A DNA stretch of 64,000 nt from Bacteroidia bacterium (GCA_035439485.1 DAORKI010000001.1:1287-65286); one strand, 5' to 3'; counted from the first letter of the stretch, positions 29,901 to 38,369 are shown. Made by a program: numbers and translations. The notes: generated from the sequence alone by a model not told the origin.

Positions 29901-30358
29901 CCATTGTTGTGAAATTGTTTCCATTTACCTTCTTTTAAACCATCTTTATATGTTCCTTTAGTGATTAAGGTTTTGCCATAATATTCTAAATATTTCCCCT
30001 CTAACCAAGTTTTATCTTTTGATGGATCACAAGCATATGATTTCTTTTCCATGATTGTTCCATCGCTGTTGTAAGTAATATATGGGCCACACAGTAAGCC
30101 TTGCTTATAATTAATTTCGCTCAACAAAATTCCATTACTATTAAAATGCTCTTGTTTACCATGTTTAAGGTTATTTTTTAAACGAATAACCTCCATAATT
30201 TTACCATCATTAAATAGCACTTTTAATACAGTTTTACTGCCATGTATAGTTTTAATAGTGTCTGTTTTATAACTTAAAAACACAGCGGCATTTACCTTGC
30301 TTATAAAAGCAATATTGGTAAGCAAGACTATTAATATAAGGAGTTTAAACTGTTTCAA
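26924..30358 (-). CDS. Secreted 1144-aa MORN-variant repeat protein with unassigned ~313-aa C-terminal domain
   Basis: Signal peptide, then about 800 aa of G.W..Y..NG....E..Y..G...G repeats. The C-terminal region from MPCSCIDTT (nt 27865 down to 26927) has no repeat character and no motif I recognise. Confidence 0.8.
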   Translation of the reverse strand: MKQFKLLILIVLLTNIAFISKVNAAVFLSYKTDTIKTIHGSKTVLKVLFNDGKIMEVIRLKNNLKHGKQEHFNSNGILLSEINYKQGLLCGPYITYNSDGTIMEKKSYACDPSKDKTWLEGKYLEYYGKTLITKGTYKDGLKEGKWKQFHNNGIIKSEQNFKQGQAIGEQIFYNNKGALQYKNSFIEITENGKKTTVKHGKFVSFHSTGQVSQEGRYEYDKKTGLWREYNPNGNLYKETYYKNGKVHGTNNSYTNTGTLETKSEYYEEIEIDGKKLRNVLHGVRERYKGNGKIDSREYYYYGKKTGTWETHLPNGNVKTSNTYENNLQIGKSISYDEDGNKTYDVTYEIIKGDTSDISVKTGKELNWQKNVLVFETTFKNGKENGLRKSYYPSGKLAHSQNFIDGLLQGESIEYYENGNVKSTRNYNSFITSSNEKKYYQIGWAFQYDQAGKITSKLFYDSLGNRVIQYSYHEGKLNQIFIDKVLELNYFPNGKLKSEKISSSTSMMPFARYYYMNGNIRKIGFQHAENQIYNTLHFKSDGTYNFASGSFYQKPDTLLPPQYQISSITVAAGGVLKPNNFYSDTIKNGNYLIYFNNGKVYAKMNFNNDLPHGDFVFYHPENGDTMLYAKFNNGLLNGPWLEKFGAKYVWLRGHYCNQKMCGTWIRNQISGKAYEIRRYSSKTGQSVAITEFYPNGYLKTYNDYESGAYESRDDQNNIVSRSIVIDEAAKIVQSESYYPKSNNIKNKNIYKNKVQDGMSESYYASGKLQSKMPYINGKKNGTYVEYFENGNIKRKSNWVDDKLEGMGIFVNENGKIDTLYYRNNNLQVKPTEMPCSCIDTTYSINRGGFAPSLSTLLEYDKLQSYFPKYLIPVDSLNYRSIFYTGFQNSNGNNSGFSSMNLMMFKEFAFYLPTNHQIKLVFNPCITKGYISRMQISAGYSIGNRNYTHVDFYPKKIALEFMKGPIKSNDKNYANFKAFFETKNVSFDPEKKLSIEYIKSNFNCFTPAKIKDFISLDIKKGEAFIFEKFSSAIFEKYQLKMSEAELDLFFGIAVADATVKFDIYGTKGYENIDAHTDFMLLGGEFACGVIKINCTKTENELYILNKNQSKFVVTDIRKALENNGFSRINFIYSVAEKQLWFTFYIE

Positions 30359-30656
30359 AATATAAACTTAACTTCATTAAAACACAAAGAAACAATTTAT
30401 ATGAGCAAGTGCTTGTTAAACTTGCTAAATGTGAAAAAAAATAAGGGAAGAAGGCAAGCAGGAATTTAAAATATTAATTCGTTTTGTAATTTCCCTTTTC
30501 ATATTCATTAAAATCCATTATTATGAATAGGGGATATGTTTAATAATCTTGTTGAAAAACAAAAGGGAATTCTTGGGGCACAATATTAATATTGCCTTTG
30601 GAAGTGAAAACTTAGGAGTATTAGAATTACTAATTATACTAAGTTAATTAAAATCA

Positions 30657-30860
30657 TTAAAGCAGTTCATATGTAATGAATTCTTTAACATTAAACTGGG
30701 CATCAATAATCCACTGATTTTCTTCCAATAGTTTATCAATAGCTTCACTTTCAGTATTTACATTATCTATAAGGCCTAATACCTGTAAATTTTCAATTAA
30801 GAATTCTTCTTTAGGCGCTATTGTGCTTCCCTCAGGTGTTACAATGATGTATTTTTTCAT
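30657..30860 (-). CDS. Small acidic hypothetical protein (67 aa)
   Basis: ATG-initiated ORF whose start codon directly abuts the TAA (30861-30863) of an upstream degraded reading frame. No family recognised. Confidence 0.4.
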   Translation of the reverse strand: MKKYIIVTPEGSTIAPKEEFLIENLQVLGLIDNVNTESEAIDKLLEENQWIIDAQFNVKEFITYELL

Positions 30861-31077
30861 TTAATTTTTTTTGTAATGCCCTCTTCCTGTAAACTCAATT
30901 ATTCCTTTAACCCTTAACAACTGCAATTGTTTTCTTATTTTGTCTTTGATAAAATTATTTTCAGGGTACTTGTTTCAAATGCGCTTCAATTTAATTTTTC
31001 TTCCCAAAGCTATCAATTTTTCAATTTCATTAGCTTTATGAATACAATAACCTTTTCTTTAACAATAAAATAGGCAT
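30861..31077 (-). pseudogene. Possible decayed small gene with winged-helix-like C-terminus
   Basis: One minus-strand frame is open over 30864-31058 except for an in-frame TGA at 30975-30977. It reads RKGYCIHKANEIEKLIALGRKIKLKRI*NKYPENNFIKDKIRKQLQLLRVKGIIEFTGRGHYKKN and contains no ATG. The only nearby ATG (31077-31075, MPILLLKK..) is one frame off across an A-rich run. Confidence 0.3.
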
Positions 31078-31169
31078 TTTAACTTTTTCTTGATAAATAA
31101 AATATACCATGTACCCTTTGCAGAGTTAAAAATAAATTGGTTATTTGTATAAATTTAAAAAACAAGAAC

Positions 31170-31688
31170 ATGATTATTGAAAAAAACAAGGTAGTTTCGG
31201 TAAACTATGTGTTAACTGTGTACGATAAAGAAAATGGACCAGAAACCTTAGTAGAAGAAACAAGTGTTGAAAATCCTTTTGTATTTTTATACGGAAACGG
31301 TGATTTATTAGAAGATTTTGAAACAGCACTGAGTAACAAATTAAAAGGCGATAAATTCGACTTTAAAGTGGCCTACGAAAGAGGTTATGGTCAAATTCAT
31401 CACGACCATATTGTAAATGTTCCAATTGAAGCTTTTAAAGATGATGAAGGTAATATGGATGAAGAAATGGTAGTTGTTGGAAATACACTACCCATGCACG
31501 ATCAAGAAGGAAATCGTATGCAAGGTTTGGTTGTTGAAATTACCGATACTTATGTGAAAATGGATTTCAACCATCCTTTGGCAGGAAAAAATTTACACTT
31601 TATTGGTGAAGTATTGGAAGTGCGCCCTGCCACCCTCGAAGAGTTAAGCCATGGGCATGTGCATGGCCCAGGAGGGCATCATCATTAA
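31170..31688 (+). CDS. slyD: FKBP-type peptidyl-prolyl cis-trans isomerase SlyD
   Basis: KVVSVNYVL..........E.....PF.FLYG.G.LLE.FE..L, an IF-domain insert, DFNHPLAGK.L.F.GEV..VR.AT.EE, and a His-rich tail HGHVHGPGGHHH. Confidence 0.85.
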   Translation: MIIEKNKVVSVNYVLTVYDKENGPETLVEETSVENPFVFLYGNGDLLEDFETALSNKLKGDKFDFKVAYERGYGQIHHDHIVNVPIEAFKDDEGNMDEEMVVVGNTLPMHDQEGNRMQGLVVEITDTYVKMDFNHPLAGKNLHFIGEVLEVRPATLEELSHGHVHGPGGHHH

Positions 31689-31702
31689 AAACTAAAAATT
31701 AC

Positions 31703-31728
31703 AGCACGATTTAATTCGTGCTTTTTTG
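31703..31728 (+). terminator. Rho-independent terminator after slyD
   Basis: AGCACGA, loop tttaat, TCGTGCT, then TTTTTT. Confidence 0.6.
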
Positions 31729-31857
31729 TTTACATGAATGATGAAATATTTTTGAATAATATTTAAGTTAATAGCATGATAATACCGATGTGAAATAAGT
31801 AATAGCCCAAATTTACTTAACTAAATTTGTGATAAACTTCTTTCCTATCGGCATTTA

Positions 31858-31905
31858 CCAATGTAAGAATTATAAATTATACCAATAATTTATAATTCAC
31901 ATTGG
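31858..31905. repeat. Long imperfect inverted repeat (hairpin) upstream of the ComEA-like gene
   Basis: CCAATGT(AA)GAATTATAAATTAT - acc - AATAATTTATAATTC ACATTGG. This gives 21 paired positions with a 2-nt bulge. Confidence 0.6.
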
Positions 31906-31936
31906 TATAAAAGGCGAACGAGATAAGTAACCTAAT

Positions 31937-32917
31937 ATGAAAAAAATACTTAAAGATTTTTTTACCTTCGAAAAAAGAGGGCAAAAAGGATTGCTCATAT
32001 TGATTATTATTTTAGTTGTGCAATTGATTGTTTTATGGGGGCTTAATTTTTATGAACCCTTTAAATCGGTTAACTCAAATTTTTCGTTTGTAAACCCTGC
32101 CTTGCTCGATAGTCTTGATAAGCAAGAGCGTGCGGTTTATGAGTCAAAATCACTTGAAGCTTTTAGTGATGATGTTGTAACTTTTCATTCTTACCAAAAA
32201 CAAGCACAGCGATTTAAATTTAACCCAAATACAATTAGCGATGAACAGTGGCTCAGTTTAGGCTTAAACAAAGGTCAAGTAAAGGTATTAAGAAAATATA
32301 TCAACAAAGGAGGTAAATTTAAACATGCCAATGATGTATTGAAATTTAAAATGGTTGATGAAAGTATATGGAACGAATTAATACCCTATATAGAAATTGA
32401 AAACAATAGGGCTTCAACGGCAGTTATTAACTTACCTAAGGATAGCATTGAGATTATAACAAGTGAAAAAGAAAAAATAAAAGAAGAGAAATTCAACAAC
32501 TTCCGAAAAAATTTAAGCTTTGAATTCAACACTTGTTCCCGTTTTAACTTAAAGCAATTGAATTTAATTGACTCCATCACCATCGATAAAATTATGTATT
32601 ACAAAAGGGCTTTGGGTGGCTTTGTTACATTAGCTCAGCTTTATGAAATTGAAAATGTGGATACCTCCAATTTTGCACAACTCAAATTGCATTTATCACT
32701 CGACTTAATGTCGGTAAAAACTATCAACATCAATAACTGTAGTGTTTCTCAATTAAATAAGCACCCTTACATAAGTTATAATTTAGCCACCGCCTTAGTC
32801 AACTACCGCAACACGCACGGCAAATATGGGCAAATAAACGATCTCAAAAAATGTATTGCAATGAATGATCAGATATTAAAAAAAATTAGCCCTTATATTA
32901 GATTAAGCGATGATTAA
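31937..32917 (+). CDS. Membrane-anchored helix-hairpin-helix (ComEA-like) DNA-binding protein
   Basis: N-terminal TM helix (GLLILIIILVVQLIVLWGL). Repeated HhH-type units (FNPNTISDEQWLSLGLNKGQVKVLRKYINKGGKF...DV; ININNCSVSQLNKHPYISYNLATALVNYRNTHGKYGQINDL). Confidence 0.65.
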   Translation: MKKILKDFFTFEKRGQKGLLILIIILVVQLIVLWGLNFYEPFKSVNSNFSFVNPALLDSLDKQERAVYESKSLEAFSDDVVTFHSYQKQAQRFKFNPNTISDEQWLSLGLNKGQVKVLRKYINKGGKFKHANDVLKFKMVDESIWNELIPYIEIENNRASTAVINLPKDSIEIITSEKEKIKEEKFNNFRKNLSFEFNTCSRFNLKQLNLIDSITIDKIMYYKRALGGFVTLAQLYEIENVDTSNFAQLKLHLSLDLMSVKTININNCSVSQLNKHPYISYNLATALVNYRNTHGKYGQINDLKKCIAMNDQILKKISPYIRLSDD

Positions 32918-33122
32918 TATTGATCGTACTTTCAATTTAGTCCAATTACGGCACAGCCTTATTTTACTAATTTCAATTTGTATCGGCATTAACGTTTGCG
33001 TAATCTGGGTTTAAACTGAATTTAATTCAGGAAGACTAAAAAAAATGCAATTGGTATAAAATGTATAAATTAATCAGTGATCTGATTAATATAAGTGCAT
33101 AAAACAGAATATTTCTAATATT

Positions 33123-34136
33123 CTACTCCTGAAATAAAACCTCAAGAACAGTTTGCCCTACTACTTTTAAGATATTTTTATCAATAATACTTAAGTTATC
33201 CTTATGGGTGTGATGATGCTCACCATAACTGCCAGTTAAAGGGCTCATGTGTACTATATCAATACAAGGAATTTTAGCAATTGTATTCACGTATAGGTGA
33301 TCGTCAGTAGTGTTGCCAGTTCTATCATCAATAAAGTAACTTCCATAACCAATTTTTTGCGCAGTGCTCCAAACCTTGTTTACTACATCAGGGGCAAAAT
33401 AGGTTCCAGTTCCTTCACGAGGAAAAACAGCGCCTTTGGCGCCCACCATATCTAATAAAATACCATAATTAGCAGTGTAATTAGGAACGTGAAGGTTCTT
33501 AGCCCAATATTGAGTACCTAAACACCAACTGTCTTGCATTTTTGGTTTGTCACTATCATCGGGTTGACCATAATCTTCTAAATCCGAAAAAAATAAATCT
33601 ACACCAATTTTTACGTCAGCTTTCGATATTTGACGAGCTATTTCAAGCAATACTGCAACACCACTTGCTCCATCATCAGCACCATCAATAGCTTTATTTT
33701 CATCTTTCGTATCATTGTCGGCTATAGGGCGGCTATCCCAATGTGCCAATAATAGTACTCTTTTTTGAAAATCAGGTTTGTATGAAGCTATGATGTTTTT
33801 TATAGTAAATATTTTACCATCATAAGTAGTTACAGGTGCACTTTGTACTATAACACTTAAACCATAAGATTTCAACGTATTTTCTATAAATGCTGCGCAA
33901 TTGGCGTGTGCTTTTGAACCAGGTACGCGTGGCCCAAATTCTACTTGTTTTTGCACCCAATAAAATGCCGAATCTTCATTAAATGAAGGAGCTTTAGCAA
34001 TAAATGCAGTGGGCTTTTGTGTATTATCATTTGCTTGCTTATTACTTTTATCATCACTGTTACACGATATTGTAGTTGCAAAAACAAATAACAACCAAGC
34101 AAGGTAATTTCTATATTTAAACCAAAAGCGATTCAT
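33123..34136 (-). CDS. M28-family lipoprotein, glutaminyl-cyclase-like
   Basis: Lipobox TTIS/C when started at ATG 34136. HWDSRPIADND, DGADDGASGVAVLLEIAR and SDLEDYG form an M28 metal-ligand pattern of the glutaminyl cyclase type. Confidence 0.75.
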   Translation of the reverse strand: MNRFWFKYRNYLAWLLFVFATTISCNSDDKSNKQANDNTQKPTAFIAKAPSFNEDSAFYWVQKQVEFGPRVPGSKAHANCAAFIENTLKSYGLSVIVQSAPVTTYDGKIFTIKNIIASYKPDFQKRVLLLAHWDSRPIADNDTKDENKAIDGADDGASGVAVLLEIARQISKADVKIGVDLFFSDLEDYGQPDDSDKPKMQDSWCLGTQYWAKNLHVPNYTANYGILLDMVGAKGAVFPREGTGTYFAPDVVNKVWSTAQKIGYGSYFIDDRTGNTTDDHLYVNTIAKIPCIDIVHMSPLTGSYGEHHHTHKDNLSIIDKNILKVVGQTVLEVLFQE

Positions 34137-34199
34137 TCCAATAAAATAAATTTTTAAGAGTTGAAAATTCACACCAATCTTTTATGCATTTACTATGGC

Positions 34200-35675
34200 T
34201 CATTCAACTTGCCACACGGTTCCTTCTTTTGTGTCCTTTATAGTTATGCCCCCCGACAACAATAAGTCTCTTATTTGATCAGATGTTGCAAAGTCTTTGC
34301 GTTTTTTAGCTTCGGCTCTTTGTTCTAAAACTATTTGCATCACAGTTGTTAAGGCTTTACCCCCCGAGTTGCTTTCTATATCATTTCTTAAGCCCATTAC
34401 CTCAAAAACAAAGGCATTTACAGAGGTTTGTAAAAGTGTTAAATCACTATCAGTAATGTTTTCCTTACCATCATTTACTGAATTGATAATGCGAACCGCT
34501 TCAAATAAATTTGCAATCAAAACTGGACTGTTAAAGTCATCATTCATTGCGGCATAACATGCATTTACTAAAGCTTTAATATCTGAAGTGCTGTTTGATG
34601 AAGTTTTAAGTTGCATCATAGTTTTTACTGCACTCATTAATTTGGCGAATCCTTTTTCGGCTGCCTGAAGGGCTTCGTTACTAAAATCTAAAGTGCTTCT
34701 ATAATGTGTTTGCATCATAAAAAACCTTACAGCCATTGGGCTATATCCTTTTTCAAGTAATGGATGATTTCCTGTAAATAATTCGCCTGGTAAAAATCCA
34801 TTTCCAGCACTTTTGCTCATACGTACACCATTTACGGTAAGCATATTAGTATGTATCCAATATTTTACTGGCGCTTTATGGCTGCATGCTTGAGATTGAG
34901 CAATTTCATTGGTGTGATGAGTAGCTTGTAAATCCATACCACCACCATGTATATCAAAAGTATCTCCAAGGTATTTAGTACTCATGGCCGAACATTCAAT
35001 ATGCCATCCAGGAAATCCCCATCCCCAGGGCGAAGGCCATCGCATAATATGTTCAGGCTTGGCTTTAATCCATAATGCAAAATCAAGCCTTCCTTTTTTT
35101 TCATCCTGACCTTCAAGCTCTCTTGTGTTTTCCAATAAATCCTCAAGTTTTCTATTGGTTAGTTCTCCATAATTGTGCTCTTTTGAGTATTTTTCAACAT
35201 CAAAATAAACCGAACCGTGAGCTTCATAAGCATAACCATTGGCAATAATTTGTTTTGTCATTTCAATTTGTTCGCAAATATGACCAGTTGCAGTAGGTTC
35301 AATACTTGGGGGCAAAGCGTTAAATGCTTGCATTACCTCATGAAATCCTAATGTATAACGTTGCACTATTTCCATTGGCTCTAGTTGCTCCAATCGGGCT
35401 TTCTTGGCAAACTTATCATCACCTTCGTCACGATCACCTTCAAGGTGCCCGGCATCGGTAATATTACGCACATAGCGCACTTTATATCCAAGATGTAAAA
35501 GATATCTAAAAATTAAGTCAAATGATATAAATGTGCGGCAATTACCTAAATGAACATCGCTGTAAACTGTTGGACCACATACATAAAGACCAACAAATGG
35601 GGGACTTAGTGGTTCAAATTTTTCTTTTTTGCGTGTAAGCGTATTGTATAACGATAAATTGTTTTGTGAAATCAT
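34200..35675 (-). CDS. cysS: Cysteine--tRNA ligase
   Basis: YVCGPTVYSDVHLGNCRT (HIGH-type), GWHIECSAM, and the KMSKS-type RMSKSAGN. Confidence 0.95.
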   Translation of the reverse strand: MISQNNLSLYNTLTRKKEKFEPLSPPFVGLYVCGPTVYSDVHLGNCRTFISFDLIFRYLLHLGYKVRYVRNITDAGHLEGDRDEGDDKFAKKARLEQLEPMEIVQRYTLGFHEVMQAFNALPPSIEPTATGHICEQIEMTKQIIANGYAYEAHGSVYFDVEKYSKEHNYGELTNRKLEDLLENTRELEGQDEKKGRLDFALWIKAKPEHIMRWPSPWGWGFPGWHIECSAMSTKYLGDTFDIHGGGMDLQATHHTNEIAQSQACSHKAPVKYWIHTNMLTVNGVRMSKSAGNGFLPGELFTGNHPLLEKGYSPMAVRFFMMQTHYRSTLDFSNEALQAAEKGFAKLMSAVKTMMQLKTSSNSTSDIKALVNACYAAMNDDFNSPVLIANLFEAVRIINSVNDGKENITDSDLTLLQTSVNAFVFEVMGLRNDIESNSGGKALTTVMQIVLEQRAEAKKRKDFATSDQIRDLLLSGGITIKDTKEGTVWQVE

Positions 35676-35756
35676 AAAATGGGTAAAATAATGTTGTTAT
35701 TATTGAATAGTTATATTGAAAAAACTATTTAACAACATCGCATTGCCCAAAGCATA

Positions 35757-36629
35757 TTATTTATTTTCCTTCTCTGTTTCATATCTAATTATCTTGCCAT
35801 CTCTAACTATAGCTATCTTTTCAATTTTCCCTTCTTTATAATAATATTGCTTTCCTTCAATTAATTTTGCATTTTTAAACTCACCTTCACGATCTATTTT
35901 GCCTTCCTTTGTAAATGTTTTATTATAACCATCTTTAATTACTCCTAATTGAGGGTTTGCGGGTGGTTTAACTTCTTCCTTAGGTGTTTCAATTTTTGGT
36001 TCAACAGCCTTTACTTCTTTAGGAGCATATGTTTTAATACTAGTGGTATCGAGTTTTCCATCATAAAAAAATTTTTCACTTTTTAAAGCACCATTTTCAT
36101 AATATTCTTTTATCACGCCAGCCTCTTTTCCGCCATTCCATTCGCCATCAAACATTAAATTACCGTTATCATAAAAGTATTTTTGCCTACCTGTTCTTTT
36201 ACCTCCTTGGTCATACTCCCATTCATAATACAATTTTCCGTTTGGATGATACATTTTATAGACACCAATCCAGCCAACACTATTCCATGTGCCTTCCTCT
36301 TTTAATTTGCCATCTTGATAATAATCTTTTGAAGAAATGCTTCTGTCAGCATTATAAACTAACTCATTTTTTATTTTTCCATTGCAGTAATATCTGCGCC
36401 ACGTTCCTGTTTTTCTATTATCTTTATAGTAACCTTCTTCAATTTTTGTTCCCGCAGTGCAGCCCTCGGCATCTTCACCATCGCTATTTTCAATCCATTT
36501 ACCTTGCTTCCACCCTTGCTCATCGGTTTTATTCAAACTGTCACTTTGTGCCAATAACAGCATTGGAATAAATCCAAAACAAAGAAAGAAAAAGCGAGAT
36601 ATCATCTTACTATTCATCAACTTATTCAT
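35757..36629 (-). CDS. Secreted MORN-variant (YwqK-like) repeat protein
   Basis: Signal peptide ..MLLLA/QSD, about 8 G.W..YY.NGK...E..Y repeats, and a Pro/Lys/Glu-rich spacer before the last repeats. Confidence 0.8.
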   Translation of the reverse strand: MNKLMNSKMISRFFFLCFGFIPMLLLAQSDSLNKTDEQGWKQGKWIENSDGEDAEGCTAGTKIEEGYYKDNRKTGTWRRYYCNGKIKNELVYNADRSISSKDYYQDGKLKEEGTWNSVGWIGVYKMYHPNGKLYYEWEYDQGGKRTGRQKYFYDNGNLMFDGEWNGGKEAGVIKEYYENGALKSEKFFYDGKLDTTSIKTYAPKEVKAVEPKIETPKEEVKPPANPQLGVIKDGYNKTFTKEGKIDREGEFKNAKLIEGKQYYYKEGKIEKIAIVRDGKIIRYETEKENK

Positions 36630-36849
36630 TTAGCCAATTTTGCTTTTGAGGCAAAAATAACGGATTTTATCAAAGTTATGAATAATTTTTGATAAGTCAT
36701 TGTAAATTACATCTTACTGAGCCTCTTCGCAAGATAAAATATAAATTTAGGACTAGCTAACCACTTCAGTCTGATAAAGTTCTATAGCAAACCTAATTTA
36801 CAAAACATGAAGAATTCCCTTTTTACTTTGAGCTATTGCAGCATACAAA

Positions 36850-37863
36850 TTACTGAACAACCAACTTTTTAGTGAAAGTGTTATTATTTTGATTTACCTT
36901 AACAAAATATACCCCTTTTTCTAAATCAGCAACTGAAATATTTAAATTGCTTAATTGGGCATCAACATTGTTGTTTTCATATACAATTTGTCCAAGTGCA
37001 TTAAATATTATCACTTCGGTTTTATTTCTATTTGATTGATTAAATTTCAAATTAACTATGTCTTGCGCTGGATTTGGTGATAAACTGAAATCATTTTTGT
37101 TAGTGTAGTTTTTAATACCAGCAGGACCAGTTGCCTCAACCCATACCAGCTTATCCACTGTTGGGGCACCACCAAATGGGTCAGTAGTGGTTACCTGTTC
37201 AATATGTAATAAAGGAAATTTGTTAATACCATCATACCATTCATAAATATTTTGTGTTTGAGTAATATTAAAAATGGATACAGTAATATTAGTAACTACA
37301 TTATATTTTACACGCAGTACATTATTGAATGCACCTTGTGGTAGCAATAAATTACCACTACCATCAGCACTACTATTTATAGTTCCAGTGGCATTTACTG
37401 CATTGCCTTGAAAGGTAGCAGTAAAGGCAAAATTATCAGTGTTGGTATTGCCATATGAAAAAGGAAATGTTAATAAAGTCATAGGATTGCTGTACGCCAC
37501 TACGTTCACATTAGCACTATCTGAGAAGCCCAACATGGAATATTCAGTTGCTGTATTATTAAAGAAATTATACCCATTTAAGGTATCACCTTGTGCTACT
37601 GAATGACCTGTTACAGGTGGGGTAGTTACAATTGGAGCAACATAATTATCAGTTTGCAAAACAGTATCCACATTTAAATCCTCGAAATTCCAAATTTGTG
37701 CTGAACCAGCTGAACCAGCAACAATACCTAAAGTATCAGTATAAAAGTATTTGTAAATATCACCTGGCGAAGGAAAATGTGATGAGTTAAGCGTTTGTCC
37801 TTGCGATTGATTAGCATAAATAGCAATCATTAAAATGAAGTAATATTTTTTCATAGTATACAT
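36850..37863 (-). CDS. T9SS-sorted secreted protein of unknown function
   Basis: Signal peptide (..NQSQG/QT; ATG 37854 is an alternative start). C-terminal type-A sorting domain (LSPNPAQDIVNL...GVYFVKV). Confidence 0.75.
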   Translation of the reverse strand: MYTMKKYYFILMIAIYANQSQGQTLNSSHFPSPGDIYKYFYTDTLGIVAGSAGSAQIWNFEDLNVDTVLQTDNYVAPIVTTPPVTGHSVAQGDTLNGYNFFNNTATEYSMLGFSDSANVNVVAYSNPMTLLTFPFSYGNTNTDNFAFTATFQGNAVNATGTINSSADGSGNLLLPQGAFNNVLRVKYNVVTNITVSIFNITQTQNIYEWYDGINKFPLLHIEQVTTTDPFGGAPTVDKLVWVEATGPAGIKNYTNKNDFSLSPNPAQDIVNLKFNQSNRNKTEVIIFNALGQIVYENNNVDAQLSNLNISVADLEKGVYFVKVNQNNNTFTKKLVVQ

Positions 37864-37880
37864 AGTTTGAATTTGGTTAA

Positions 37881-38369
37881 TTATCTTATTCTGTCGGCAC
37901 TTTTAATGAGTTCTTCATCTTTTCGAATGCCTTTAATAGCTAAAAAATTAAACACTAAAGACAATAAAGGTAAAATCATACCTATGCCATAAGTTGTTGA
38001 TAATTCCGCTCCCTGACTATTAAATGAACGGTCTAAAAATGATTTTGCATTATCATAACTATAAAACATTAAAACAATAAATCCACATATCAATAAAATA
38101 TTGAATGCAGCAAGCTTAATTTGCTTTTTACGGTTTTTATAGCTAAATATGATAAAAGCAGTGAAAAGAATTACTACAACATTTACGGCCATTAGAGCGT
38201 AGCTATTTTGCAACATTTCGTGTCCTGCAGAACTTAGTTTGTAAAAACCCATTAAACTGAGGTTAAAATTTGTTTCATATGTCGAAAAAGTTGCCAAGGC
38301 AGTAGCAAATAATAAACCTTGACAAACTACAACAAGCAATAAAAAAACTGATTGAATCCTTTGAATCAT
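37881..38369 (-). CDS. Small 4-TM membrane protein (DUF4293-like)
   Basis: The N-terminus MIQRIQSVFLLLVV and four hydrophobic helices recall the DUF4293 family. Confidence 0.55.
   Translation of the reverse strand: MIQRIQSVFLLLVVVCQGLLFATALATFSTYETNFNLSLMGFYKLSSAGHEMLQNSYALMAVNVVVILFTAFIIFSYKNRKKQIKLAAFNILLICGFIVLMFYSYDNAKSFLDRSFNSQGAELSTTYGIGMILPLLSLVFNFLAIKGIRKDEELIKSADRIR

Noticed and set aside
30581-30594. Perfect 14-nt palindrome CAATATTAATATTG between the 67-aa ORF and the giant MORN gene.
   Set aside because: It is composed almost entirely of A and T in AT-rich DNA. It does not extend into the flanks and no partner regulator is nearby. It is not distinguishable from chance without comparative data.
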